Source: Desulfobaccales bacterium (GTDB lineage: Bacteria > Desulfobacterota > Desulfobaccia > Desulfobaccales > 0-14-0-80-60-11). Taken from it: a DNA stretch of 61,759 nucleotides. Location of the stretch: assembly GCA_030694005.1 (NCBI GenBank), contig JAUXZG010000084.1:1-61759 (forward strand), read 5' to 3'. Made by a program: the position numbers and the translations under genes. A model generated the notes under the pieces. The model made no database searches. It was not told the DNA's origin and saw nothing but the letters and a program-made list of their open reading frames with translations. Positions 18,069 to 27,469 of this stretch are shown here, piece after piece (position 1 is the stretch's first letter; the number at the start of each line of letters is the position of its first letter).

Positions 18069-18526
18069 CAGGTCAACCCACATGAGGGGCGGGTTACATC
18101 AGCCCGCCCTATCCCCTCACACAGCGCGCACGTTTTGAGACATTGCCTTTGCGCTCACTGGTGGCGCTATATCTTGCCATTATAGAAACATGTTCATATG
18201 TTGCCATATCATACCGATATCTAATAATTCCTTTTCGGTTCTGCCAACTTTTGCTGGAAGTTTAAGACGAAGGTAAATTCAATGAAGTGTCAGATCATAT
18301 CGAATTGGGATCGAAAGGTTGTCAGGTCAAACCTCGACTATTACACTTGAATTTTTCCCGTTTGCGGAGTTTCGTTTTCTAGCAGAGAACCGTGCTTTCC
18401 GAATTCATGGGGAAAGCGCAGCCCTTAAAATCCCAGATCTTTTAAGTTAACCGGCAAACCGGTTCAACAGGTTCACCAAATCCTGCCTGGCTAGTTCGCC
18501 GCGGACCTCAATCCCTAGGGACAGGA

Positions 18527-19066
18527 TTACGGTTCATTTGACCATGAGGCGGAGCCGCTTCCCAAAAAAAACCGCCACTTGCAGAACATATCTGGCGGAT
18601 GAGGGTCTGGGGGCGCAAACACGCATTCTGTCTGAAGGCGCGCGTCAATTTCTTTGGCAAAGCTGTCAAATTCCGCCCGATGCATTTCTTTGCAGTGATA
18701 CTCTTTCAGACCCCGCTTCAGCCGGGCTTCCTGAGTGGGGCAAGAGGGCACGGTTATAATGACTTCATCGGGTTTTTGCTGAATGCGATATCCCACCAGA
18801 ATATGCCAGGGCCAGTAACGCAAGGCCTTGACAAAACCGCTTAACCCCCGCTCTTGAATGTCGAATCGTTTCAAAAGGTCTTTAGCAGCTAGAGCCGGGA
18901 TTCTCCCCCAGACTTTTTCATTCAAGCGATCCGCGGTGGCCTCATCAATAAGTTCGGTGATGTAGATATACCAAAAGGAGTCCATCACCCGGTAATGCCG
19001 GAGCAGAAACTGAATATATTTCCGTAACTCAGCAGCCTCCATATCTTCAAAAATGGTCAAATCCAT
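18527..19066 (-). CDS. Hypothetical cytosolic protein (possibly DUF6125 / ATC-hydrolase-like)
   Basis: 179-aa ORF with Cys motifs ([24 protein letters not shown]...FCKWRF). The family assignment is from memory only. Confidence 0.55.
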   Translation of the reverse strand: MDLTIFEDMEAAELRKYIQFLLRHYRVMDSFWYIYITELIDEATADRLNEKVWGRIPALAAKDLLKRFDIQERGLSGFVKALRYWPWHILVGYRIQQKPDEVIITVPSCPTQEARLKRGLKEYHCKEMHRAEFDSFAKEIDARLQTECVFAPPDPHPPDMFCKWRFFLGSGSASWSNEP

Positions 19067-19312
19067 GTTTCCTTCCTTTTCCTAGAACCTCAAACCCTAA
19101 CGCCTCCTTACTCGTGGGAATAATAGCACAAAAATTTTTTTAAGAACAAATTTCCCCCAGATTTCGGGCATACCAGAGCAGCGGTGATCAAGTATCATGG
19201 AATTGCGGCTTCAGAACCCCAGGCGGGGGGCAGGTCGGGTTCGAATCTTGCCAGGCGCACCGGTATTGGTTATTAAACGGGCGAGTTTTTCCTTTGCCTC
19301 CCCCTGGCTTTT

Positions 19313-20170
19313 TTACGCCACCAGGGCCAGATTTTGGAGCAATGGCCGGGGGTCCACCAGGTGGCGGACAAACCACTCCTCGTAATCCTTGGCGCCCAGG
19401 GCCAGGGCCAGAACTTCCGAAAAGTGGAAGACGGGAAGCCTCTCCCTGGAGGTGCAACGGATCTCCAGATTGAGCTGGCACATGGCACAGGCGGTGACCA
19501 GACAATGGGCCTTGGCAGCCACGGCGCTGTCGATGATTTCGTTGACCAGGGGGGTGACTATTTCCGGGTCGGTGGCGGAAAGAAAGGAGCCGCAACAGCG
19601 ATGCGTATAAGCCCCGATGATGGGCTCGGCCCCCAAGGCCACCAGAATATCTTCCATTTCGCCCTGGTAATATTTTTCCTTTTCCAGATCCGGGGGGCGA
19701 AACACGGCACAGCCGTAATAGGGCACAAACTTAAGACCCGTAAGGCTCCGTTTGGCGCTCTGTTTCAGGCGGTCCAATCCGAACCGCACCAGCACCTCCA
19801 TAAAGTGCATGATTTTCAAGTCCAAATTGATCGGCCGTCCCCAACGCTCTTCTAAAGAACGGTGGGTTTCCGGATCCTTCTTGAGACAGACCTTGGCATG
19901 CCGCAAATAATGCAGGCAGCGGGGGCACATGGCCACCAGGGGTCTGCCGGCCGGGGCCAGGGACAGGTTGCGGGCCGCCATTCCCAGGCTTAAATTCTTG
20001 CACATGGTTTGCGCGGAGGAGGAGCCGCAGCAGTTCCAGTCGGAAAGTTCGATGAGGTTCAGGCCCAATATTTTGGCAGACTGCATCAGGGACATATTGG
20101 CTTCCGCGGCCGTAGTGGCCATGGAGCAGCCCGGGAAGTATGAGAAGTCAATCTGGTGGTGAAGGCTCAT
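19313..20170 (-). CDS. hdrB: Heterodisulfide reductase subunit B-like (two CCG domains)
   Basis: 285-aa ORF with FPGCS...NCCGSSSA...YYGCAV...CCGSFL...CAMCQLNLE. Confidence 0.88.
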   Translation of the reverse strand: MSLHHQIDFSYFPGCSMATTAAEANMSLMQSAKILGLNLIELSDWNCCGSSSAQTMCKNLSLGMAARNLSLAPAGRPLVAMCPRCLHYLRHAKVCLKKDPETHRSLEERWGRPINLDLKIMHFMEVLVRFGLDRLKQSAKRSLTGLKFVPYYGCAVFRPPDLEKEKYYQGEMEDILVALGAEPIIGAYTHRCCGSFLSATDPEIVTPLVNEIIDSAVAAKAHCLVTACAMCQLNLEIRCTSRERLPVFHFSEVLALALGAKDYEEWFVRHLVDPRPLLQNLALVA

Positions 20171-20763
20171 TTAGACTCCCTCCAGTAGCACTTGAAAAGG
20201 TCGCCGATCTCTTCTTGGGCTTGCACCCGTGACGGCCTCAGGTCCAGCTTGCGCTTGGCCAGCATCTTGAGACCCACGTCCAGATCACTGAGCCAGCGTC
20301 GGGTTTTCACCTTGTAGCGCCACATGATCCCCAGTTTATGGGCGCGACCGTAACGTTCCAGGGACCTGAGCACTTCCTCGTGGAAGTCAAGGATGTTGGG
20401 CTTGGCTATGGCTACCCCTTCCTCCACCGCCATCAGGCGCAAGGTATCCATCACGGCCGCCATGTCGATGCCCATGGGGCACTGGCTGGAACAGGTATGA
20501 CAGCCTACGCAGATCCAGATGGTTTTACATCTCAGGACTTCCTCCCGCATGCCGAACTGCAGCAGGCGCAGGACCAGGTTGGGAGGATAATCCATGGCCC
20601 GGATGAAAGGACAGCCATTGGCGCAGGCGTGGCACTGATAACACCGATTTAGGTCGGTGCCGCTTTTCTCGATAACCTCGGCCGCCAGAAAACCCCGAGG
20701 TTGGCCAACTTCAATAACCGTCCTGGGGGCGGCCGGTTTTGCCAGGGGGGTGGTTTGGCTCAT
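20167..20763 (-). CDS. hdrC: Heterodisulfide reductase subunit C-like (2x[4Fe-4S])
   Basis: 198-aa ORF with CYQCHACANGCP and CVGCHTCSSQCP. It overlaps hdrB by 4 nt. Confidence 0.85.
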   Translation of the reverse strand: MSQTTPLAKPAAPRTVIEVGQPRGFLAAEVIEKSGTDLNRCYQCHACANGCPFIRAMDYPPNLVLRLLQFGMREEVLRCKTIWICVGCHTCSSQCPMGIDMAAVMDTLRLMAVEEGVAIAKPNILDFHEEVLRSLERYGRAHKLGIMWRYKVKTRRWLSDLDVGLKMLAKRKLDLRPSRVQAQEEIGDLFKCYWRESK

Positions 20764-20782
20764 TTCTCGTAAAGTTCCTTGG

Positions 20783-21184
20783 TTAATTAATTTTAGCCAC
20801 TCGGGCTGAGTGGGTATCTGGTGATTTTTCCTGATAATTTTGGATGGCCAGGGCCAGGGCTTCCGCCCCCAGATTGGAGCAGTGCATTTTGTTCGGGGGC
20901 AGACCCCCCAGGGCCTCGGTCACCGTTTGCTTGCTGATCTTTTTGGCTTCTTTAAGTTTCTTGCCTTTGGCCATCTCGCTCACAATGTCGGATACCGCAA
21001 TAGCCGCGACACAGCCAAAAGTCTGGAACTTGACGTCCACCAGACGATCGCCTTTGACCTTGATATAGAAAGTCATCATGTCGCCGCAGACGGGATTGCC
21101 CACTTCGCCGATACCGTCCGCATCTTCGATGACCCCGGCGTTTTTCGGGTTATTAAAATGGTCCATCACGGTTTGGCTGTACAT
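20783..21184 (-). CDS. iscU: IscU/NifU N-terminal-type Fe-S cluster scaffold
   Basis: 133-aa ORF with GNPVCGDMMTFYIKV...FGCVAAIA...MHCSNLGAEAL. Confidence 0.9.
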   Translation of the reverse strand: MYSQTVMDHFNNPKNAGVIEDADGIGEVGNPVCGDMMTFYIKVKGDRLVDVKFQTFGCVAAIAVSDIVSEMAKGKKLKEAKKISKQTVTEALGGLPPNKMHCSNLGAEALALAIQNYQEKSPDTHSARVAKIN

Positions 21185-21185
21185 C

Positions 21186-21617
21186 TTAAGCTTCTTGGCT
21201 GGATGGCCGGGTTTTTTCCATTCTCACCAGATCGGCCAGAGTAATTGAGCGCAATTTTTCAAACATGGCCTGGGCGGCCTCCCGCCAAAGGTGACGGGTG
21301 GGACAGGTGGCGGAACGCCCGCAGACTTCCGCGTGCTCTGAACATTCCACCAGGCTCGTGCCCTGTTCCAAAAGCGCCACGATTTCTCCCACGGAAATCT
21401 CCTCAGGGGGCTTGGCCAGGATGTGACCGCCCTTAGGGCCCCGCACACTTGCCACATAATGGGCCTTTTTCAAGGGAATGATAATTTGTTCCAAATATTT
21501 CGCCGAAATATCCTGACGTTTGGCAATATCTCCCAACCGAATGGGCCCCTGGTTATAATGCTCGGCCATATCCAACATGAGCCGAGTGCCGTAACGACTC
21601 TTGGTGGTAAGTTTCAT
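21186..21617 (-). CDS. Rrf2 family (IscR-like) transcriptional regulator with a Cys cluster
   Basis: Track ORF 21186-21656. The start is set at ATG 21617 (MKLTTKSRYGTRLMLDMA, AGGAGGA Shine-Dalgarno). It has CSEHAEVCGRSATCP. Confidence 0.85.
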   Translation of the reverse strand: MKLTTKSRYGTRLMLDMAEHYNQGPIRLGDIAKRQDISAKYLEQIIIPLKKAHYVASVRGPKGGHILAKPPEEISVGEIVALLEQGTSLVECSEHAEVCGRSATCPTRHLWREAAQAMFEKLRSITLADLVRMEKTRPSSQEA

Positions 21618-21619
21618 GA

Positions 21620-22807
21620 TTATCCTCCTGCGGTCGCCGCCATTTTTTTCCGCCACAGCGGAGAAAAGGACCGCAGTTTTTCCACGGCGGGGGGAAGATG
21701 TTCCAGCAAGTAGTGCACGTCTTCTTCCCGGTTGTCGCGATTCAGCGTAAAGACGATGGACCCCTGGGCCAGATCAGGGCGGATACCGATGGCGCACAGC
21801 ACCGGCGAGACCTTCAAGGCCTTGGAGGCGCAGGCCGAACCCGTGTTGGCATAAATCCCCTGGCGGTTCAGCAGGAAGATCAGGGCTTCGCCTTCGATGC
21901 CCTCAAAACAGAAACTGGCGTGGCCCGGCAGCCTCTCTACCTGATGACCGGTATAAATGAGGTTGGAAATCCCCTCCGTAATCCCGGCAACCAGGAGATG
22001 CCGCAGTCTGGTGAGGTGAGGGACCAGATGGGCCAATTCTTCCCGGGCCAACTCAGCCGCCTTACCCAGACCCACGATGCCGGGCACGTTTTCGGTGCCC
22101 CCCCGCCGGCCGTTTTCCTGGATGCCGCCGTGAATCTGGGGGACCAGGCGCAGCTTGCGGCGAAAATACAGGGCCCCAGTGCCCTTGGGGGCGCCCAGGA
22201 CGGGGCCCGAAAGAGTCAGCAAATCCACGCCTAATTCCTTTACCTCCACCGAGACACTACCCACCGTGGCCACGGCGTCGGTGTGGAAAAGGATTCCCGC
22301 GGCCCGACAAATCGCCGCCAACTCCGCGATGGGTTGGATGGTGCCGATCTCGTTGCTGCCATGCTGGATAGACACCATGACCGTGGCCGGAGTGAGGCTC
22401 CTCTTAAGACGTTCCGGTTCCACCTGGCCGTAACGGTTGACAGGCAGAAAGGTCACTTCAAAATCATGGAACTTTTCCAGGAACCTCGCGGCATTCAGCA
22501 CCGAGTGGTGTTCGATGGCCGAAACCACCAGATGTCTGCCCTTTTTGATATTGGCCAGCGCCGCTCCCTTGACGGCCAGGTTATTGGCTTCGGCGCCGGA
22601 TGAGGTAAAGACTAGCTCCTCGGTTTGGGCGCCGATAAGGTGGGCCACCTTGGTCCTTTGCTCTTCCAAAACCTCTTTGATCTCGGCGCCCAGGTCGTAA
22701 ACCGCGGAGGGATTCCCGAAACGCTCGGTGAAATAGGGAAGCATGGCCTCCAGAACTTCCCGGCGTACGGGGGTCGCGGCCGCATTATCCAAATATACTC
22801 GTTTCAT
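21620..22807 (-). CDS. nifS: Cysteine desulfurase (NifS/IscS class)
   Basis: 395-aa ORF with VYLDNAAATP, SAIEHHSV, a PLP-Lys region, and the active-site SGSACAS. Confidence 0.92.
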   Translation of the reverse strand: MKRVYLDNAAATPVRREVLEAMLPYFTERFGNPSAVYDLGAEIKEVLEEQRTKVAHLIGAQTEELVFTSSGAEANNLAVKGAALANIKKGRHLVVSAIEHHSVLNAARFLEKFHDFEVTFLPVNRYGQVEPERLKRSLTPATVMVSIQHGSNEIGTIQPIAELAAICRAAGILFHTDAVATVGSVSVEVKELGVDLLTLSGPVLGAPKGTGALYFRRKLRLVPQIHGGIQENGRRGGTENVPGIVGLGKAAELAREELAHLVPHLTRLRHLLVAGITEGISNLIYTGHQVERLPGHASFCFEGIEGEALIFLLNRQGIYANTGSACASKALKVSPVLCAIGIRPDLAQGSIVFTLNRDNREEDVHYLLEHLPPAVEKLRSFSPLWRKKMAATAGG

Positions 22808-22816
22808 AACCCCGCC

Positions 22817-23071
22817 TCAGTGGACCTTCTTGATGTAAAGCTTATAGTAATCTTCGTCTTCAGCTTCACAGATACCGACGAACTCTTGCCCATGCTTGGC
22901 GCACCAGGCCGGAATGTCTTCCAGGGCCCCGTCATAGTCGGTCAAGATTTCCAACACCTGCCCCTGTTTTAAATCCTTGATCAACTCGGTGGGCTCCAGA
23001 AGATGCATGGGACACACGCGGTAGACTAAATCCGCGGTGGCATCGGCCTTACATTCTTTTAAGAACTTCAT
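22817..23071 (-). CDS. TusA/SirA-like sulfur carrier protein
   Basis: 84-aa ORF with VCPMHLL (a CPxP-type motif) and VLEILTDYDGALEDIP. Confidence 0.75.
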   Translation of the reverse strand: MKFLKECKADATADLVYRVCPMHLLEPTELIKDLKQGQVLEILTDYDGALEDIPAWCAKHGQEFVGICEAEDEDYYKLYIKKVH

Positions 23072-23149
23072 TATGTTGTCCTCACAGGTCTAAGGAAGCC
23101 CCTGGCATCCTTATTTACAGTATTCCGATATTATATATTGTTTAAGTAT

Positions 23150-23177
23150 ACAATAATCTTTCTTTGCTCGAAGTCAA
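23150..23177 (-). promoter_or_regulatory. Sigma-70-like promoter of the tusA-nifS-rrf2-iscU-hdrCB operon with an overlapping palindrome
   Basis: The minus strand reads TTGACT-N16-TATTGT. The -10 is one arm of the inverted repeat TATTGT-N8-ACAATA (23136-23155). Confidence 0.45.
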
Positions 23178-23188
23178 GGGGGTTTCTG

Positions 23189-23246
23189 AAAAAACCGGGG
23201 TCGGGCCTAGCCGCGGCCAGACTGGGGTTCTCGGCTACCTCCCCGG
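23189..23246 (-). terminator. Structured intrinsic terminator after the NIL-ferredoxin gene
   Basis: On the minus strand, nested stems CCGGGG...CCCCGG and TAGCCG...CGGCTA are followed by a U6 tract (A-tract 23189-23194 on the plus strand). Confidence 0.5.
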
Positions 23247-23372
23247 CCCCTTCCCTGAATTGACGAGTTGGCCGGATTGGCCGCAGCTTGCCGGACAGAG
23301 GCCGCCGGCCCCAAACTTCAGGCAACGCTGAGGGCCCTCTCGGCTTCCCCCCTCCCGGCCTTCCCCGCCTAA

Positions 23373-23783
23373 TTAATCGAAAAGTATCTCTATAGCGAGG
23401 TAAGGACAGACCCTCAGGCAAAGCTCACAGGCGATGCAGCGTTCCTGGTCAAATGACACCGTCATGCTGGCCCGGTCGACCCCCAGCGCGTGGGTGGGAC
23501 AGGGGGCCAGGCAGGCGGTACAATGGATGCACCGCTCTTCATGCCATCTGACCTCTCGGGCCAGAGGCTCCACGCCCACCCCTAACTCCCCCAAGAAACC
23601 CATTGCGGCCTCGAGCTTCTTGGGGCTGCCGCCCAACTCCACTACCATACTGCCCCATTCCCTGGGGGTAATGCGGGCCCTGAGAATGTTGACCACCACC
23701 CCGTAATCCTGGATCAATTTGTAGGTAACGGGCTGGTCAATGAGATGCGGCGGGAAATTCAGCACCACTTTCTTTTTAAGCAT
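23373..23783 (-). CDS. NIL domain - 2x[4Fe-4S] ferredoxin protein
   Basis: 136-aa ORF. The N-terminus is NIL-like (KVVLNFPPHLIDQPVTYKLIQDYGVVVNILRA). The C-terminus carries CIHCTACLAPCP and CIACELCLRVCP. Confidence 0.85.
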   Translation of the reverse strand: MLKKKVVLNFPPHLIDQPVTYKLIQDYGVVVNILRARITPREWGSMVVELGGSPKKLEAAMGFLGELGVGVEPLAREVRWHEERCIHCTACLAPCPTHALGVDRASMTVSFDQERCIACELCLRVCPYLAIEILFD

Positions 23784-23816
23784 ATGCCTTCCTCAGCAAA
23801 ATTGGCTTGACCATTA

Positions 23817-25037
23817 TCAGCCTGCCTTTGGGGCTTCCCACGGCCGTTCTTTCAGGGGCCTGAAGGCGTACCCGGAGTCAAGGGAAGGAAGGGCCGCCAC
23901 GGCCTCGGTCAATAAAAAACTCCCTTCTTTAATCCACGCTTTCAAGATCAGGGCAATTTCCCGGGCCCGGACATAGGAGGACAGCCCGGCCGTGACCACC
24001 TTCTTCTGGCCCACCGTAATTTCTCCGGTTTTGAGTTGGGCCACCGTTACTTCGGCCAGGATTTCCGGTTTGCAGTTGGGGTAGGACTCGCTGTAGTCCA
24101 CCACCGGGGCAATGATGTCGGCGTCGCTAACCGAGGTGAACCGGAGGATCTCCTCATCCAGGATGGGGATGGGAATGCCGAGCCCCAAGGTCACCGTCAC
24201 CCCATATCCGGTAAAAGACGCGCCCCTGAGCCACCTGGAGCTCATTTTTTTCAGGTCCCCGGTAACCGCCAGGGTGCCGGCGCCCATTTTCGGCACTCCC
24301 AGCTCCGTGCGGCGCACCCCGGGATTATGCTGGGTGCCGTGGCTCACCACATAGCCGGTGTTGCCGCCCAGGAAGATCCTGGTGCCCACCCCTATGGTTT
24401 TATACAGGGGATCATTAAGGAGAGGACTGAGCCGGCCCGCGGTGCAATAGTTGGCGTTGCGCATCTTGGGCTGGAGAACTCCCATGTAGGTATAGATCAC
24501 TCGATCCGAGAGGTTCACGGCCACGTTGTAGTTCTGATAGGCGTTGCGCATGTTAAAGAGAACCGCCTCGTTCATATCCTCCAGGCGGATCCAGGTGTCC
24601 AGAATTTTGCGGGGATAACAGTCGGTGCCGTAAGTAGTGGCGGTAAGCCGCACATCCTTTCCCGAGACCAGGTCTTCTATAATGTGGCCGCCGCCATAAG
24701 CAAATTTCCCCGGGAACACCTTGTTGCGGGGATCGTCTTCGGGAAGCGCGGTGGCGCCCAGGAAAAGGTCCACCGCGGCGAAGCCGGCATAGGCCGGGAC
24801 CTCGTTTATGGTGACCCGGCCGCCGCCCATCTTGATCCGGGGATTGGCGTGACCCACATTGAAATAGGCGCCGGAGGAGCACATGGGGGCAAAGGTGCCG
24901 GTGGTGACCACATCCACCTCTTTGGCGGCCTGTTTGACACCCTTTTGCTTTACCACCTCAATGATCTCTTCGGCCGTGAAGACTACGGCCCGGCCCTGTC
25001 TGATCTTCTCGTTGATTTCGTTGATTGTCTTGGCCAT
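23817..25037 (-). CDS. COG1900 (DUF39) homocysteine biosynthesis-type protein
   Basis: 406-aa ORF with VVFTAEEIIE...VDVVTTGTFAPMCSSGAYFN. It is paired with a downstream NIL-ferredoxin gene, as in the methanogen MA1821/MA1822 arrangement. Confidence 0.8.
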   Translation of the reverse strand: MAKTINEINEKIRQGRAVVFTAEEIIEVVKQKGVKQAAKEVDVVTTGTFAPMCSSGAYFNVGHANPRIKMGGGRVTINEVPAYAGFAAVDLFLGATALPEDDPRNKVFPGKFAYGGGHIIEDLVSGKDVRLTATTYGTDCYPRKILDTWIRLEDMNEAVLFNMRNAYQNYNVAVNLSDRVIYTYMGVLQPKMRNANYCTAGRLSPLLNDPLYKTIGVGTRIFLGGNTGYVVSHGTQHNPGVRRTELGVPKMGAGTLAVTGDLKKMSSRWLRGASFTGYGVTVTLGLGIPIPILDEEILRFTSVSDADIIAPVVDYSESYPNCKPEILAEVTVAQLKTGEITVGQKKVVTAGLSSYVRAREIALILKAWIKEGSFLLTEAVAALPSLDSGYAFRPLKERPWEAPKAG

Positions 25038-25074
25038 GAGTAACTCCCTTGATACTGATTAACTTCTCCTGCGC

Positions 25075-26166
25075 CTAGCAACTCGGTTTTCCGGTCAAAG
25101 TTAACATGCGCTTAAGAGCGATCTTTGCCTCGGTTTTTATGGGTTCGGACACCGTGACTATATTAGCCTCCCCCGGGCTTTCCAGGGTGGCCAGGAGGTT
25201 TTCCAGATTGATTCTGAACATATTGGGACACAAGGAGTAATGCAGGTCCAGGACCTCTTTGTCCGGGTGTTCCAGGGCCAGCCGGTGCACCAGGTTGATT
25301 TCCGTGCCCACAATGATCGTGGTTTGAGGGGCTGCCCTGGCCACATAGTCTACGATGAAGCCGGTGGAACCGCAGGCGTCCGCCAGGGCCACCACTTCCT
25401 GGGTACACTCCGGATGCACCACCATCTTGGCCTGGGGGAAGGCCTCCTTCATTGCCAAGACCTGATCAACCTGAAAGCGGGTATGGACATGGCAATAACC
25501 ATCCCACAGGATCAGCCTGGCCCGGCGGATAGTTTCAGGACGGTTCCCGCCCAGCGGCCGGTCCGGGTCCCAGACGATCATGTCCTCGGGTTTGAGACCC
25601 AGTTGATTCCCGGTATTGCGGCCCAGGTGCTGGTCGGGGAAGAAAAACACCTTGGCAGCTCTTCCCAAGCCCCACCGCAGCGCCGCCAGGGCGTTGGCGG
25701 AGGTGCAGACCGTGCCTCCGTGCCGCCCGCAAAAGGCCTTGAGCCGGGCATCCGAATTCATGTACACCACGGGAACGATGCTTCCCTCTCCGGCGATGTC
25801 GGTCAGCTCCTCCCAGGCCGTTTCCACGGTATCCAGGGCCGCCATGTCCGCCATCAGGCACCCGGCTCTAGGGTTGGGGATTTGTACGGTTTGCTGTGGT
25901 TGGGCGAGAATTGCGGCGCTTTCCGCCATGAAATGCACACCGCAAAAAACGATGAACCGGGCGTCACAGTTCGCCGCGGCCTTCTGGGACAGGCCGAAAG
26001 AATCACCTCGATAATCCCCCAAGGCCACGATCTCTTTCCGTTGATAATGGTGAGTCAAGATCAGGAGCTCTTTCCCCAGGGCCTCCTTTTTGGCGCGGAT
26101 CTCTTCTCCCAGCTCAGCTTCATCCAGAGAGACCTGCCCTTCATCTCGCCGATAGGCCCGGTTCAT
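25075..26166 (-). CDS. nadA: Quinolinate synthase
   Basis: Track ORF 25075-26214. The start is set at ATG 26166 (MNRAYRR). It has LILTHHYQRKEIVALGDYRGDSFGLS, FCGVHFMAESAAIL, and HPEC. Confidence 0.85.
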   Translation of the reverse strand: MNRAYRRDEGQVSLDEAELGEEIRAKKEALGKELLILTHHYQRKEIVALGDYRGDSFGLSQKAAANCDARFIVFCGVHFMAESAAILAQPQQTVQIPNPRAGCLMADMAALDTVETAWEELTDIAGEGSIVPVVYMNSDARLKAFCGRHGGTVCTSANALAALRWGLGRAAKVFFFPDQHLGRNTGNQLGLKPEDMIVWDPDRPLGGNRPETIRRARLILWDGYCHVHTRFQVDQVLAMKEAFPQAKMVVHPECTQEVVALADACGSTGFIVDYVARAAPQTTIIVGTEINLVHRLALEHPDKEVLDLHYSLCPNMFRINLENLLATLESPGEANIVTVSEPIKTEAKIALKRMLTLTGKPSC

Positions 26167-26242
26167 TAAAGTCTTCCTTTGGAAAGGGGATTGTCCGCCC
26201 CATCCCAAAACCATGAGTCGCCTTAAAATTAATACTACACTT

Positions 26243-26265
26243 ATATATACAATTATTGTATATAT
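26243..26265. promoter_or_regulatory. 23-bp perfect palindrome in the divergent nadA / cysE control region
   Basis: ATATATACAAT-T-ATTGTATATAT has perfect 11-bp arms. A related half-site, TTATACAAATAAT, follows immediately. Confidence 0.55.
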
Positions 26266-26388
26266 TATACAAATAATTTATCTGTCAAGAAAAATGGTGG
26301 GGACGGTTTCTTGCCCCAAAAGGAACCTCCAAGTGACCCAGCAGGTTAGTGCCTGCCGGTTGCCGGGTTAAGGAGAGGGGAAGCCAAA

Positions 26389-27348
26389 ATGGACAAATTG
26401 GGTGCTCTGCAAGTGGAGCGATGCAAAACCGAGGTTAAGGCCGATCTAGACTCTCGGCAGGAAATTCCAGAGATTGTTGATAGGCTAATAAAATCATGCC
26501 GGGGGCAGGAAGGCTTCGACCACGTGGGCCCGGAACCCATTCCCTCCCGGGAAGCGGTGATAGATCTTATTCATCGGGGCTGTCGTCTCCTTTACCCGGG
26601 CTACTTTAATCGCACCCGGGTGGACGAGACTAACCTGGGCTTTTACCTGGGCCAGGAAGCCGTGGCTCTTTTTGAAGATCTTTCCCAGCAAATTACCCTG
26701 TCCCTCCGCCATGAGTGTCTGCGCTATGGCCTGCCTTGCATCCATTGCCAGGCTCGCGGTCAGGAAGAGGCGATCCGCCTCATGCGGGAACTTCCCCGTC
26801 TCAGAGCCCTCCTGGCCAAGGATGTCCGCGCCGCTTATGAGGGGGACCCGGCAGCCAAAGGCTATGACGAAATCATCTTCTGCTATCCGGGGCTGTTCGC
26901 GGTAACCGTTTACCGGCTGGCTCACCAGCTTTTAAAGCAAGAGGTGCCTCTGCTGCCGCGCATCATGACCGAATACGCCCACAGTCAGACCGGCATAGAC
27001 ATCCACCCCGGAGCCCGCATCGGGGAGAGTTTCTTCATGGATCACGGCACCGGGGTGGTGATTGGGGAGACCACGGAAATCGGTGACCGGGTGCGCATAT
27101 ACCAGGGGGTGACCCTGGGGGCCCTGTCCCTTCCCAGGGAGGCGGTGGACTCCCTGAGGGGACAAAAAAGGCACCCCACCGTCCAGGATGACGTGATCAT
27201 CTATGCCGGAGCCACCATCCTGGGGGGAGAGGCGGTGATCGGCGCCCGTTCAGTCATCGGCGGCAATGTGTGGATTACGGAGTCGGTGCCTCCCGACACC
27301 AAGGTCTTCCTGAAAAAGCCCGAGTTGATTTATAAAGGCTCAAGCTGA
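26389..27348 (+). CDS. cysE: Serine O-acetyltransferase (long N-terminal form)
   Basis: 319-aa ORF with DIHPGARIGESFFMDHGTGVVIGETTEIGDRVRIYQGVTLG hexapeptide repeats. Confidence 0.9.
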   Translation: MDKLGALQVERCKTEVKADLDSRQEIPEIVDRLIKSCRGQEGFDHVGPEPIPSREAVIDLIHRGCRLLYPGYFNRTRVDETNLGFYLGQEAVALFEDLSQQITLSLRHECLRYGLPCIHCQARGQEEAIRLMRELPRLRALLAKDVRAAYEGDPAAKGYDEIIFCYPGLFAVTVYRLAHQLLKQEVPLLPRIMTEYAHSQTGIDIHPGARIGESFFMDHGTGVVIGETTEIGDRVRIYQGVTLGALSLPREAVDSLRGQKRHPTVQDDVIIYAGATILGGEAVIGARSVIGGNVWITESVPPDTKVFLKKPELIYKGSS

Positions 27349-27469
27349 AGACCCGGGGAAGGATTCAGGGGTAATGTGCCCGTGGGGATTGGGGCTGCAT
27401 CTGTGGACCTATGGCTGACTTCTAAGTGCTGACCGTGGAAAGCTAATGGCGACGGAAGTGAGGGGAGGA

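Noticed and set aside
19195-19263. Possible selenocysteine tRNA: a CTTCAGA loop with a TCA anticodon, followed by a long G-rich stretch and a GGTTCGAATC box.
   Set aside because: No 5' acceptor strand is complementary to the 3' end. The anticodon and T stems do not pair (T-stem TCGGG/CTTGC). The 3' end is CCG, not CCA. I treat it only as a decayed tRNA 3' fragment.
23072-23372. SAM, SAH or other sulfur-metabolite riboswitch in the 300-nt spacer before the tusA-like gene.
   Set aside because: I could not recognise any conserved riboswitch core. The structure is better explained as a terminator for the upstream operon plus a promoter and operator for the downstream one.
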